The notes: generated from the letters alone by a model not told the origin. Positions 14,309 through 28,175 are shown, counted from the first letter of the stretch. The stretch is 64,000 nt of DNA from Vitrella brassicaformis CCMP3155 (GCA_001179505.1 CDMY01000317.1:60089-124088); one strand, 5' to 3'. Numbers and translations: made by a program.

Positions 14309-15383
14309 ATGGGGTCCCTTGAGCATGGCAAGAGTAACATACGCTGGGGCCGTGGGAGGCACAGAGGGACCGCACTCACTCTGATCTGTGTCACATCCTT
14401 GTGGCTGCTGCGCTGCTTCCTCAGTTTCTCCCGCTGAGGTCAAGAGGGCCCGTGACGCCTGGATTGAGGCCGGTACGGCGAAGAGTCGACAAAGGAGGCG
14501 ACACCAGTCATCTTTGTGACTGTCCCATCACTCTCTGTGTCTTGTGCTGTGTTGTGGTATGGGCGCGTGCAGTCAAGACGCTGAACCCCGACAACGTAGC
14601 CAAGCTGTACGCCACGCCCGACTCCACTGGTGCACGGGGCTGGCTCCTCGGTAAGACAATACAAGACAGCCACCGCACCGCACCGCATCGCATCGCACAG
14701 ACATGCCTGCCTCGTACGGGATGTGTGGTGGTTGATGTGATGTCGCTCGCTCAGGCACTGTTGACACGCGGGCGACTTACCTGCGTCAGAACTCCGACAA
14801 GATCAAGGAGTACTTTGTGGGCTTCCTCGCAAAGGACAAGATCGAGCCCAACTTCCCCGAGACCGTCACGGAGGACGACATCATCCAACTCGGGCCGGGC
14901 GTCGTCGCTTACAACGGGTAAGAAACCACCCCAGACAGACAGGCAGGGGAGGGAGGGAGGGGAAGGACGCTTGCTGGAGTGGGTGTGCCCTGTTTGTTGT
15001 GTGCAGGTATTACGACTTCCACTTCTGGAAGGGCGGCAAGCAGACGTGCGCCCACGCCAAGTTCACCTACATCTACCAGCGCAACCCCAAGACCGGCGGG
15101 CTCGACATCATCCTACACAACTCGGGTCAGTCAGACAGGCAGACAGGCAGCCACCTGACCTGACGGACAGCCAGGGACACACACACATCAACACGCAACA
15201 CCCCTAAACATCCTCTGTCCGTTGCATGCTGTGTGTTGGTGCCTGCCTTCAGGTTTGACGCCTGAGGGCGTGACTGGCGACACCGGCTCGGGCAGCCAGG
15301 TGACGCGCTACCTCCCCTTCATCGTCGCCGGCTCCATCGCGATCGCGTCCCTCGTCGCCCTCGCCGTCACAGTCAAGAAATAG
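14309..15383 (+). CDS. COG4875/LCIP63-type iota-carbonic-anhydrase-like NTF2-fold protein with C-terminal tail anchor (~187 aa)
   Basis: Exons 14309-14333, 14425-14472, 14573-14650, 14755-14917, 15007-15125 and 15253-15383 are all GT-AG and in frame. Product: SPAEVKRARDAWIEAVKTLNPDNVAKLYA..WLLGTVD..LRQNSDKIKEYFVGFL..GYYDFHF..HAKFTYIYQR..IILHNSGLTP..YLPFIVAGSIAIASLVALAVTVKK*. Confidence 0.7.
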
Positions 15384-16834
15384 AAGCTGACGAGTGCACG
15401 ATGGGATGGATGGGATGCATGGGCGTACTTGACAGACAAATGGGTTTGCTGATGTGTGTTGGTTGTCATGAGAGGGACAGGGAGGACTTGTGTGCTTCTT
15501 GGTGGGGGAGGGGGGATGTGCGCGTGCAGCTTTTTGATACAGACGCAGCTACTGCGTGCCTGCCTGCCTTGCTGCCTGACTGACTGACTGCTGGGGCAAG
15601 AGCTGCATCGATCGTATGAGCTGGCTCTTGGCTTCACGCCTGTGTGTGTGATGTGGTCGGATGCCAGTCGTTCGTCTTCACACGCCCTTCACACCACCAG
15701 ACAGAGACGCTGTTCCTACTGGTCATCACACCTGCCATCCATCCATCCATCCGACGTGCGTCTCCTGTCAATGTGCTGTGGATTGCGTGACCAACCACTA
15801 CGAGCACCTGGGGTCAATTGACCTCCGTGGCCGATTTTTGTCCAATCGATGTGATTGTTGTGTTGTGATATGGTGTAGTGTGGTGTGGAGTGGTGTGCGT
15901 GTGCATGGGGCCGAGCGAATGATCCACACTGATGAATGGCTGATGGATTTCACCAACGACGGGGAGGAGGGGGGGGGGGGGATGAGAAGGGATTTTTCTC
16001 CCACATAGTGGGCACGGGGTTGGTGGGAACTGTTTCTTTGCTGGCTCTTCTGGGTGGTGGGCTTCATGCCATGGGGCTTCATCGGGCTTTACTCATCTTA
16101 TCGCCACACACATACGCTACATGGTGGGTGCCGTGACTCCATGCACCGAGGGGTGGACCGGACCACAAATGAGCCAGTACTAATTCTCAGTCTGTTGGAT
16201 GAGATGTGAGCTTGCTTGATCAACGAACGCACTTCATGCTCATGCACCGAACCCCGCCCGAGACGTAGAGCTTTTCGCATATGCGTCGACCGACCGATGT
16301 GTGTTGGCTGTGTTGGTGTGTCTGTCTGCCGCCACTTCCCTTATGCACTGCACGTACCAACGATTCGTTGACGAGTTGTCAGACTATTTCTTCGACACAC
16401 CAGTCGAAGGATCGATAGCCTACGAACTCTTCGTCGGATGTCGGTCGTGCGTGGGATTGGGATGAGCTGTGGTGTGTTGTGTTGTGTTGGTGGGGTCGAT
16501 GGTACATTGGACATGTCTGTGATGACGCGCCTTTACGAACAACAGCATGCATACCAGCGTCGGACTGTCAATTGATTGATTGTCTGAGGCGACGACTGAA
16601 AGAAAGAATGGGACGGAGAAAATTCCGAAGCCACGCACACACACGGGTGTTTTCAAAGGCATCGCATAAGCATGCAGCACGGATGGGCTGTCTACCGGGC
16701 AGTAGCGAGGAGTGTTAAAATCGTGGGAAAGAGAGAGAGAGAGAGAGTTGGCTTGTGACACATTCGAGATCATGCCAGACGAGGCCCACACGGACTTCCA
16801 CGGTTAAACCTCCCTCCCGCCCTCCCGCTCCTGT

Positions 16835-16865
<31 letters not shown>

Positions 16866-17286
16866 AGAAGAGCGGATCGTTTGACCAAAAGGATGGATGG
16901 TTGGATGAAGGGGGCCTCTCTGCCGGCCGCTTCGCAGGATCAAGGCAGCCAAGTCAGAACACAACACAACACAGCACTCACGCACCGCTCCCACCCCTCT
17001 CCTCTCCTCTCCTCTCCTCTCCTCTCCTTGATGTGTAAAAATCCGAAGAGCCAAGTGACCCAGCCGCCAGACAGACAGACAGACAGGCATACGGACAGGC
17101 ACTCAGCCGCACCAGCACACACATGCAGACAGACAGACAGACTAGTGGCCAGCCAGCCAGCCAGCCAGGCAGGTAGACAGGGGCAACAGGCCACCCCGCT
17201 CACTTGCGGCTCGGATTCCTGCACGGACGCACACACACACACATGACCATCCCGTCCATCGGGTGTGTGTGTGTGTGTGTGGTTGC

Positions 17287-20200
17287 TCACCGTCTGCGCG
17301 AAGAGACCGTTTGGAACCCGTCTTCATCGACGTCCCCATCCACGGCGGGCGACTCGTCGCCAACGTGGTTGGCCACAGGACTGAACACAACACAACACCG
17401 ACACACACAAACGTCAGGTGGGGAGGGCACCGTGTGTGTCATGAAGGAAGGGACAAAATAAGTGGTTGTCTGACCCGTCAGGCTTGACGTGGTTGTCTTG
17501 TGGGCTGTCGCCATCCACCGGGCCGTCAGATCTGCCGCCTCGGCGACTCGGAGTCGGGCCGTCATCATCACTGAGTGAGACACATGCACACACACACACA
17601 TGCGCAGACAAAGGAGGAGTCATCTAGGCCGTCTCGGGCCGCTGGTGGTGGTACGGCAGCCTCACTAACCGGTCATCGTGTCCGTTCGTGTGTTGGTGGT
17701 CGAGGCGGTCTCGCGGCGGGCGTCCTCCTCGGTCTTTTGAGGCTCGGCGTCGGTCGTCCTGCCGCTTGCGGTCCTCCTCCAACTCCCTGTCGTGCTCCTG
17801 ACTGCGAATGAAACTCCTGAAATCGGAAAGAGCGAGCAGTGAGCGGATTGTCTGTGGTTCCGTCTCTCGACCTCTCCTCTCTCTCTGTCTCTCACCAGTC
17901 CTGGTCACCACGGTCGTCCCGGCCTCCTCTGTGGTCTCGGCCGCGAGCCTTGAACGCCTCCCTGCTGCACACAAAGCCACCAAGGCCACACGAATCCACA
18001 GTGACACCCTCTGCGCTTCCTCTCTCCCCCCTCCCCCTCCCTCCCCCATTGCTTGCACAGCACACACACCTTTCGATTGGGTCTCTGTCTCGGTCGTAGT
18101 CGCGGCGCCTGTCGGGCTCCCGGTCACGTCCGCCCCTGTCCCTGTCCCTCTCTCTGTCACGCCTGTCGTCCCTCCGATCATCGCGGTCATCGCGACGCCA
18201 CTCGCGATCGTCCTCACGGCCACGATCCATCTGCACAAGAACCCAACACGAGGTAAGGCCTCTTTCGTCCCCCCATCGTGTATTGCTGACCCTGCGAGGT
18301 CCGCGGTCGTCCTCCTCGTCGTCACGGAAGCGACGGTCGTCGGGTCGACGTTCGTCGTCCCTCGAACGCCGAGAGGGCGGCACGTATCGACCACCCTCAC
18401 GCTCACGCGGCCGCTCCTCCCTGTCCCGCTCTCTCTCCCTCTCCCTCTCTCTGTCTCGGTCCCCCCTGAGGGCTCCGAAGTCTCGCTCATCCTCGTCACG
18501 AAGGCGGTCGCGATCGCGACGCGAGTCGAACTCCCTCTCCCTCTCCCTGTCCCTGTCGCGGTCTCTCTCCCTGGCCTCGATTTCCTCCATGCGCTTGCGC
18601 TGCATCTCCGCCTGCTTGAACAAACGCTCCTTCCGCTGAGATGAGAGAGGGACAGGCAGGAAAGGGAAGTCAACACAGGCAGCAGGGCGTGTGTCTTCTG
18701 GGGGTGTGTGTGTGTGTGGAACGGAACACTGACCTCTTTCTCTTCTCTGTCTTTGCGTTCGGCCTCGGCGCGCAGCCGCTCCTCCTCCTCGCGAGCCAAC
18801 TGATAGACACACGGATGGATGGATGGATGGACACATAACATAGACAACACACAGGCAAGCGGAGACGGATGGGATGAGCAGACATGGGATGGATGCATGG
18901 ATGGATGGATGGAGGGATGGGGCGTGCGTGGCGTGGCGTGGCGTGGCGTGTGTGTATGGTATGAGCCTCAGTCCAGCTCCAAAAGTGCTTCCTCATTGCT
19001 GACTGGCTCTTTGACAGCCGGCCAGCTGTAGCAAGGACGCAACTGGTATCATCATCAGCCGAACGAACCAGCCGCACTCACTCACCCCAACTGAACTGAT
19101 CTGCCCTGCCCTGCCATGTCCTGACCTAAGTGACAGTGACTGGCTGGCTTCTCTTCTCCCACACACACACACGCACACGTGCAGTGAGTGCATCTGACTC
19201 ACCCGTGCTTCCTCCTCCTTGCGGCGCTGCTCCTCCTCCAACTTCTCACGCTGAAAGAAACACACCGATGCGCGAATCGTCATGGTATTGCTTGGCTGGT
19301 TGGTTGTTTGCTTACGTATCGTCGTTCCTCCTCTGCCTGCTCCTTGCGCTCGCGGGCACGGTGGATCTTGCGCTCGATGATCATCTGGTCACACACGCAC
19401 GCACACCAACAGGCAGGCAATCGCTCGGTTGCGATGAACATGTGTGACGTGTCTGCCAGTGCGTGTGTGTGTGGGGGGGAGTGGTTTTTCTGCCTTACGT
19501 TTCGTATTTCCTGTCGTGCCTCGCGTCGCTTGGCCTCGAGTTCCTCGCGCTTGCCCTCCATCTGACGCTCAATCCACGACTCCTGCAGGCAGGCAGGCAC
19601 GTGCCAGCCATCGACACACACAGCCGTGAACAACCAATCCACCACTGGCAGTGATGGGCCCTGTCTCTTTCGTGACCTTACTCACCCTGTATGGCTTGAC
19701 GGGCACGAAGAGGTTCTTCTCGGCGACCAGCGCGTCGTGGCTCTGCTTGTGCTCTGACACACACCGGAGAACAAACAAACAGCACACACACATGTGCATG
19801 CCCCGTCCGTCGCCCACGCGCCGTGCTCTGGCTCTCGCTCTCGCTCACCCTGCATGTAGTTCTGGTTGAGGACGTCGTGGTACTGTTTGTCCTCCTCCTG
19901 GATCTTGACGAGCCTCTCCTGCAGCAAAGGGAGCTCCTCCTCTCGCAGGGCGCGCGCCAGGTGGTCCACCCGCTTGGCCTCGAGCTTGCGCTGGCGGATC
20001 TTCTCGTTGCGCTCCTTGATGCGCTGCTCCTCCTGCGCCTTCTCCAGCACCTCTCGGTTCATGTGACGCACGTCGTCCAGACCCACCTCGTCCAACTTCT
20101 TGCCGCCGATCTGGTCAACGGACACACACACACAGTGAGGGAGGCAGATGGTGTGTGGGAGGATAGGAATGGCTGGCTGTGGAGGGGAGGGGTCACACAC

Positions 20201-23200
20201 TACACATACGTGTGTACCGTGATTTTGGCGGCGGCCTGGCTGGTGCTGGCCATTTTCTTGATGGCTTCGAGCATCTCCTGCGTCTTGGCGACCTCCTTCT
20301 TCTCCTGCTCCTCCTTCTGCTTCTCCTCCTCGCGTTTCTTCTTCTCCTCCTCGCGGCGCCTGGCCTCGGCCTCCTCCTCGCGGGCTTTGATCTCCTCCAT
20401 CTTGCGACGTTGCTCCTGATGAATGGATGGCACAGACAGACAGGGGGGACAGACAACACATGAACGAACGAGCTGTTGGTTGATGGACGAGATGTGGGTG
20501 TGTGTACCTGGTCGATGCGGGCTTGTTCCTTCTCGCGCTGCTGCTTGCGGTACTCAATCTCGGCCTTCCTGCAAACGCAGAGCAGACGAACGAAGGCACG
20601 CCAGCCAACACAGGCAACCAACCGGTGAGGGACGCAGTCATTCGCATACATAGGCTATCTAGGGTGTGTCAAGTCGCGTCGACTCGACCCGTCCTTACCT
20701 TTCCTGCACGTTGCGGTGTTCCTTCCTGAGGTTGGCGGTGATCTCCTCAAACAGACGCTCCTTCTCAGTCATGTCCTGCTGCTGGATGCCCTGCAGGCAA
20801 CGAAGGAAGCCAGCACACACAAGTGAGTGAAGTTACAGAGTGGATGGATGTGTGTCGCCCGTCCCGTCGCCTGCTGGCCGACCTTTGGTGCGATCTTCTT
20901 GACAGCCTGCTCAAGCTTAGTCGCCAAGTCGACCAACTGATGCTTCAAACTGATGGATGGATGGCATGGTCGACACACCGACACAGAGAGAGAGAACGAA
21001 CCACACATCTGTCTGTGCGCCCGCCGCTGCTCGCTGCTTGTGGTTGCGGCGCTCCCCTCCCTCACCCGTCGCTTGCGTCTGCCATGGATGCGCCGAAAAA
21101 AATGGCCTTCTTGACGTAGTCGATGCGCAGCTGCACCTGCTTCTTGTGGACGAGCTCCACGATGACCTTCTCGGCCTCCGCCCACTCGAGGAAACTCGCG
21201 GGGCACACCGCCCTCGTGAAGTAGTCCACCGACAACGTGCTGTAGACCTGCCCGACACACAACACAAGCCGTGCTATGCTGTGCTCTCATGTCCTATCGG
21301 TCTGCCTGACTGCGTCATGCGTCTCACGTTAGCGAGCTGCATGATGGTCTTGTGGCAGACGACTCGTTTGATGGGCATGATGTACTTGTGGGCGAAGTCG
21401 GGCAGCTCATCCAGCAGAGGCAGACAGTCGGTGCTGCACACACACACAACACACACACACACACACAGGGACACACAGGGACAGACAATGACCTCAGTGC
21501 CGCGCCTCTGTCTGTCTCGTTGTGGCTCAGCTCAGTCGCTCCCTTCCCTCCCGGTTTACCATAGACTGAGTGGGGTGAAGTCGTTCTCCAGCAGTGTGTA
21601 TAGCTTTTTGCAGGCGGGGTGTGCGTGGACCAGGATCTGCTTGGCCTGCAGCTCCTGCTGCAGGTACTCGCGACTCGGCACAACTGCACCCATCGCATCA
21701 ACCAACACAAGGCATTCGTGGCCGTGTGTGTGTGTATGTGTGTGTGTGTGTGTGTGTGTGTTGACCCACCTGGATAGAAGAGGAGTTGGCTCATGCGTCT
21801 GGCCTTGTCGCGACGGATGTCGTCCTCCTGAGTGCCCAGACGATGAGCCGCAGACAGGTTGCCGCTGAAAGGAATGAAATGAACGATTGCGCACAACGAC
21901 CGACGCGTGAAATCCCTCGATTCGTCGAGTGAGGGTGCTGGCTGAAGTGATGTGATGTATCCCTGCTGGCTTACATGTGGAGTGGAATGGCCAGGATGGA
22001 GAGGACGGTGAGGGTGCACGACTGCTCGATCTCCTGCTCGGTTGCCGACTTCTTGTGTGTCCGGACTTGCAGAAAATACTTGAGCCTGCACCAAGCAAGC
22101 ACCACACACATGAATCCCCATGCACCGCACCCAGACATGAACTGAAGGATTCCAGCTGGACTTCGTTCGTGTATCTATCGGTGTGTCGATTCACTCACCA
22201 GGCGCACGCATGGAACAGGTAGTCCTCTCCCACCCAGAATATCTGGTAAGATAGCACGTCAGGACATTCAGTCCCACAAGGCAGGAAGATGAAGCGACAT
22301 CGTCCCGTCATCCAACCACCCACCGTTTGCAGCTTGTCATAGTAGTCGGCCAGCAACTTGGGGCGACGCTTGGACGTTTTCTGAACACACACAGCCACAT
22401 GACATGAGCCGCCGACTTGTCCCTCCCTGGTGTTGTTGGTTTGGCCTTACCACCATGAGGGCGTAGATGTCCTCAGACGTGGCGAAACACTCACGCCAGA
22501 GGGTCAACTCAGACGCAACCTGCACACACATGGAGGCCGATCCATCTGTGCTTAGGTACCTTTGTCCCTTCCGGGCTACCTTGAGTTGCGTGAATCGTGT
22601 TTCGAGCATGGCGGCGATGGTCTCGGGGTTGTTCAGGTTGATCTGGTTCTGCTGACCAGCTGCACCAACACACAAACAGACAGACAGACAGACAGACACA
22701 CAGACAGACAGAGGCATGCAGCACCCATCCCCATCCATCGCTTCATTCAGGTCACGTCACACGCGGCTCGGCTCACATACGTTTGGTCATGGCCTGCTTT
22801 TGTATGTTGGCGTAGTGGTTGCGGATGCGTTCGCAGAGGCGCTTGAACTCCTGCGGCCGCTGGTTGGCCAGGCAGAACTCGAAGGCCTTCTGCGCCGTGT
22901 CGTGGTACACCTTCTCGAGGCGCGAGTTGGTCCGCAGGATGTCCAGAATCGTCTTGTACGATTCCCACACAAACCTGAACAAACCAACCAGGGCGATGGA
23001 CCAGTGTTGTCATGTGTGTGCCTGGTTCATTCAGTTCACCTGAAGGCATCGTGCACTTCACGAGACTGCTGGTCGCGGTCAGATTGCTGAGAGGGAGACA
23101 CACCACACCATGCAGACAGACAGACAGGTGTGCACGTCTGTGTCGCGTGCGTGTAAGGAGGATGGTTTGTTGGGTCAGTCTCTGCTCACCTGCACACTGC

Positions 23201-23984
23201 TGAGCAGCACCGCCTCGGGCGACTCCTCGCCCTCCAAATCAGCCATGTCGGTGATCTGCACACACCCATACATCAGACACAGGCACAGCAGATGAGCGAC
23301 AGGGAAGGCACCACGTAGCTGAGTCATGGGCCGGCCGCCCACTCACCTTGATGTTGTGTGCTCGCTTCTTGGCGTCGTTGAGGCGCTCCTCGGCATAGTC
23401 GCGAAACCGACAGATGACCGTCTCGAGCGAGGCAACATTGGCTTGCTGACACAGACCTGAACGCACAGACAGACAGACAGTCAAGAAACACTTTGAATGG
23501 AACAGCCGATCGTATGGGGCGTTGTTGCCTTGGTCATGTATCTGTGTGCGTGTGTGCGCGTGTGTGTGGTAGCTACCTCTGTATTGGATGAGGCCCTCCT
23601 TGGCGTACTTGAGACGCTGCTGCTCAACACAGAAGTCGACGTACTTGAGGAGCACACGCTCGAGCGTCGCGTTCCATCCCTGCGACCTGGGCAGGTCACA
23701 CACACACACATACGACACACAGATGACAGACAGATGCAGAATCGTTGCCATCCCGCCGCTGTCTGCCTCTCTGTCTGTCCGTCCGTCCGTCTGTCCGTCT
23801 GTCCGTCTGTCCGTCTGTCCGTCTGTCCGTCTGTCCGTCTGTGTGTGTGTCTGGGTGCGGCTCACTTGAATCTGTTGTGGCTGATGACAGAGTGGAGTGT
23901 CTGGAGGGCGGTCTCCCGCTGACCCACGGCCTCCAACTCCTCAGCCCGCTTCAAAGCATTCTCTGGCTTGAGAAACATCGACAT
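17287..23984 (-). CDS. EIF3A: Eukaryotic translation initiation factor 3 subunit A
   Basis: [69 protein letters not shown] region, [18 protein letters not shown], a long RD/RE-rich tail and C-terminal [11 protein letters not shown]. Confidence 0.97.
23771..23850. repeat. (CCGTCTGT)n tandem repeat in the first eIF3a intron
   Basis: About 7-8 consecutive ccgtctgt units. Confidence 0.85.
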
Positions 23985-24317
23985 GCTGGCAAGATACCGT
24001 GGAACCGCTCCCTCGACTCGCTGATCTTCGGCTGCTGCTGATGGAAACGCAGTGGGTCAGCCAGAAGAGCATTCAAAGGACGAGCAGACAGCCGGGCAAC
24101 TCGCGGGGGGCGAGTGGCGTGTCGACAGCTGATGCGAGAGGGCAGATCTCTGACTGTTGCCTTGCCAGAGTCACTCCTCACTGACTCACAGAGACACTCC
24201 TGCCTGTCCTCAGCTGCTGCAGCTGATCTCTGGCTGATCCTCCTCGGCGCGGCGAATGCACGACGAACTCGACGTGCTCTTGTGGATTTGCTTCTCTTTT
24301 GCGACACTTTCGGCTTC

Positions 24318-24340
24318 AAGCTCGCAAAGGAAGCTCGCAA
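24318..24340. promoter_or_regulatory. Candidate promoter element: tandem AAGCTCGCAA x2 in the eIF3a / L/F-like divergent promoter
   Basis: aagctcgcaaaggaagctcgcaa read directly. Confidence 0.45.
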
Positions 24341-24478
24341 CGACTTGGAGAAAAGAACGCACAAAACGCGAAGAGCAAGACGAACAGCGCTGTCACAAGG
24401 CCGCCGCCGTATTCGGAACTCCATCAAAATCAGCCGCCACATGAAGTGAGCAACGAAGACGTCACCACAATATAATAT

Positions 24479-27400
24479 ATGGCGGACTACGAGCTGCTGC
24501 GGCGGCAGTTCCAGCCGATTGATGAGGGCACGATTATGGCACTCCTTCACAGTGCAGGTAGAGCGAATCACTCGACCAATGACTGACTGGCATCTCACCA
24601 CCCGATGCTTTGCTATCTGTCGTTGTTCGTGTGCAGACGATATGGTCACTGATGAGGTTCTGAAGGAGTGCGCACAGATACAGAAGAATCTCATCGATAG
24701 CAGGTACGTGGCTGAATCATCATCATCATCATTGTCCACAGGCAGGCAGACCATGGGATGGATGTTCCTCTCTGCCTGCCAGGAGGCTGAAGCTGCTGCA
24801 TCTGTCGCAGCACACCCCGATGGGCGTCCTCCAGCAGCGATTCGAGAAGTACACCCCCATCCAGGTCAACTTTGACGACGACGCACCATCGCAAGACGGC
24901 CCACCAGACGACGCCATCGTGTCGGTCACCATCCGCCTCCCCTCCTCGCAGAAGGAGTTCCACTACACCGCCGGCCAGCTGCCCATCATCTACGTCCCCG
25001 ACGAGTACGGCTACCACGCCATCACCGTCAAGGGGCAGTCAGCCACCAGGCGCTTCCTCCTCTCCGTCTACACGGCCACGTCTGAGTTCACGGACTCGCT
25101 GGACCACTTCACCGACAAGCACCAGTGGATGTGGGGGATGAACATGGACGGCGGCGCCACCTCGGGTGAGAAGGCTGTGGAGGGCCCGGTGACCGACGGG
25201 CGGCATCACGTCTGGTCGGAGGAGCTGGAGCTGGCTCTCCTCAACGTGCTGGAGGTGCTCGAGGAGCTGCAGACGTGGTGGTCGGGCGTCATATCCGCCA
25301 TGGAGGCAAGCATCGCTGCCGTCGGTATGGGAAACATCTCACAGGTACGATGGATGGGATGTACTGGCAGACAGAGAGACTGTTGTGGATGTGATGTGTG
25401 TGGATGGATGGTGTTTCGGTTGATTGATCAGAGTTACTCCCAGAACGAGTTGATGTGGGGCGAGATGATGCCGCGGGTCTACGGGTACGTCGATGCCGCC
25501 ATGAGCACCCACGACACCCACTCAATCGGCCGCATCACAAGCGTCCTCCACGAGATCGTGCAGTCGTGTGGCGTCATCGGCTCATTCAAGGGTACCAACC
25601 AACAAACACTTTGAGCGACGCACTCAGCAACGTGTTAGCACATGGGTAATATGCTGCCCTTTGTTGTTCGTGTAGGTCTCGGTTTGCCCTATGAGTCGAA
25701 CAGAGATGTGTTCGAGCGCTTCTGTGCCCGTGTGTGCGACTTCGAGAAGGCGCGCTTCCTCGCCTCAACGAGCCGGGCACAGGCGAACGTGCTGGCCGCC
25801 CTCGATCGGGTCATCGAGGCGACGGACGGCTACTGCGCCTTCCTGAACGACAAGTATAACACGTACCCCCACAACACCCTGGCGATGATGTGGCCGGAGC
25901 TGAAGCCCCAGCTCATGGGGCAGAGGATGGCCGGCTGCATCTCCGACCCACGGCCGCTCTTCTCCCTCTTCACTCTGGGGGACACGGTGGGTGACCTTAC
26001 TGGTCGGTCAATTGGCTTGCAGAATAGGCACGGTCTGTGTGTGTGTGTGTATGTGTGCAGATGGGTTTCATGGAGATGCTGTACACCAACGAGTCGGCCG
26101 CTCCCCCCCGCCCGTCGAACCCCGTTGCCCAGCGGTTCGTGTGTCTGCCGCTGGGCGCTGCGACGGGCAAGGACGACGACCACAGTGCTCGGGCGCTGGA
26201 GGAGGGCCACGCAGGCAACCCCACGTCGTTGCCCTCAGCCCTCAGGGACATGTATGCTGACAGGTGCGGTGCGCAGGAAGTAGAGAGGCACTCCGGCAAG
26301 AGTGTCTCGATAGGATTCTCTGGCTGTGTTGTGTTGTGCAGGTGGAGCGAGTCGAGCATCACTGGTAGCGTCCTCATCAATGGGATCGGCAAGGCGTTCG
26401 TCCTTAACCCGCCGGGGCAGGGCGAGCAGGACGGGGAGGACAGGCAGGGAGAGCATCGGGCCATGGGGGCAGCCATCATCTCCAACCTGCTCTACTCAAG
26501 CATGGCGTGTAAGCTTACGAAGCACCAGCACCCCTAACCGCAGCGCAACCGGAGACAATGCGTCCATCCATTTTTCGCCTTTCCATCAGACGTCACTTCG
26601 GGTGACGAGAAGGAGAAGCTCATCGGCCTCATCCATCGCCGCCGGGCCGTGCTCGACCTCTGCTCAGATGCCTTCTTCGCCGACGAGACCATCACGTCTG
26701 CATCTGTGGGCTGGTGCCGACCTGAACCCTCTGTCGTGCCGAGCGTGGCGCCTGACGTGCCGATCTTGGCCAATCGCGAGGGCGTGAGGCGGCGCAAGAA
26801 CCGTGTGCGCAACGCGACGACGCTGTTCCGTCAGCTCAAGAACAAGGGCATCACTCTGTCGCTCCGCGTCAACACTGTATACTGTGAGAGAGGCAGGACA
26901 TGCTGACGGCAACCAGCAAGGGTCTGTGTGTGTGTGTGTGTGTGCAGAGCCCTCGTCTGGTGATGGAGAAGATCAAGGAGCACCACGGCACCGACAACTG
27001 GCTCCACTCGCAACTCGAGCAGGTGCGTCGAATCGACGTCCGAGTGTCTGAGTGGCATTCACACCCATTCTGCCTGTCTGTGTGCAGGTATGGCTTCGCA
27101 TGATGGACCTTCCCTCCTGCCCCCTGATGTTCTTCGAGCTGTGGGCATCCCTCCCCGGCAGTGAGGATGGCGAACCGCCACGAGAGGTCATGATCGCCGC
27201 CGACCCCATGGTGCGACGTCAGTCAGCAAACTACCACAGCACACCACACCACACCACCCTCTGTCGTTGTCTTGTGTGTGTTTAGCATGTGTGTGGCGCG
27301 TCAGTGTACGTGTCGACGAGGTTCTACGACCGCAACTACAAGCAGCTGCAGCCCGGCTATGTGCTGGCTTTGCTCGAGACGGCCGTCCTCAAGCAGGCGG

Positions 27401-28026
27401 GCTTCCGCTACTGGGACCTTGGCGGCGTCAACGACTCGCCGATGTTCATCTACAAGATGGTGCTCGGCGACGAGATGCCCCAGGCGCTCTACTGGCCGCT
27501 CTTCCAGCAGATCCGCACAGTCAAGACCGACCCCATCCCCTCAGGCAATCTGATCCCAGAGGTCAGCGCCGCTGACCTTTGGGGCTTCCGCGAGAAGGAG
27601 GCCGCTGCTGCCAACAAGGGCAAAGCGGCCAAAGGCGGCAAGGGACAGCCGCAGCAGCCGGCCAACAGCAAGAAGGGGGCCAAGGCGGCGGCCAGACAGC
27701 AGGCCAAGGACCAGAATGAGACGGCCACCAAAGCAGCGCCTGCGCCGCCGATGCAGCCTGCCTCCTCCCCTGCCCCAGCCCTACCAGAGCCGGTGTATGA
27801 GCCAGAGCCGGCCGACATCACTCATGAGGAGGCAGACGCCCTGGCAGCGAGGAATGAGGCGGAGGAGAGGGGCCTGTGCGAGTCTCCGAGGGAGCTGCCC
27901 GTGCAGTCGTCTGTGTTCATGGACAAGTACCGTGAGTTCCTCATGTCGAATCCAAACGATCCGACGCTTGCGGCAGCGAGGGCGATCGAGGCCATCGCTC
28001 CCAAGGCCAGAAGGGACAGGGAGTGA
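24479..28026 (+). CDS. Large protein with a C-terminal leucyl/phenylalanyl-tRNA-protein transferase-like (GNAT-fold) domain and unrecognised N-terminal region
   Basis: ATG 24479 (MADYELLRRQF), joined by GT-AG introns. C-terminal part reads SLRVNT-SPRLVMEKIKEHHGTDNWL..FFELW..IAADPMHVCGASVYVSTRFYD..QPGYVLALLETAVLKQAGFRYWDLGG..FIYKMVLG, resembling eukaryotic L/F-transferase-like proteins, followed by a K/A/P-rich tail. Confidence 0.6.
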
Positions 28027-28175
28027 TGATTGACCGAGAGAGGGTTGACCGAGGGAGGGAGGAGGAATCGGCGACTGGATGACCAGACAGCGGGGAGGGA
28101 TTGCTGCCTTGGGAGAAGTAAGGGGTATGTTTTGCTCTGTCGGACAATTCGTGCACAGACGTGACTGTATGTGAT

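Noticed and set aside
16390-16409. Hairpin CTTCGAC-acacca-GTCGAAG in the intergenic region
   Set aside because: A 7-bp stem is expected by chance, and no snoRNA boxes were recognised.
17800-18640. Highly repetitive RD/RE-coding DNA
   Set aside because: Normal low-complexity C-terminal tail of eIF3a.
26520-26590. Apparent stop (TAA 26535-26537) splitting the L/F-like gene
   Set aside because: It lies inside a predicted GT-AG intron (GCGT|GTAAGC...CATCAG|AC) that restores the frame.
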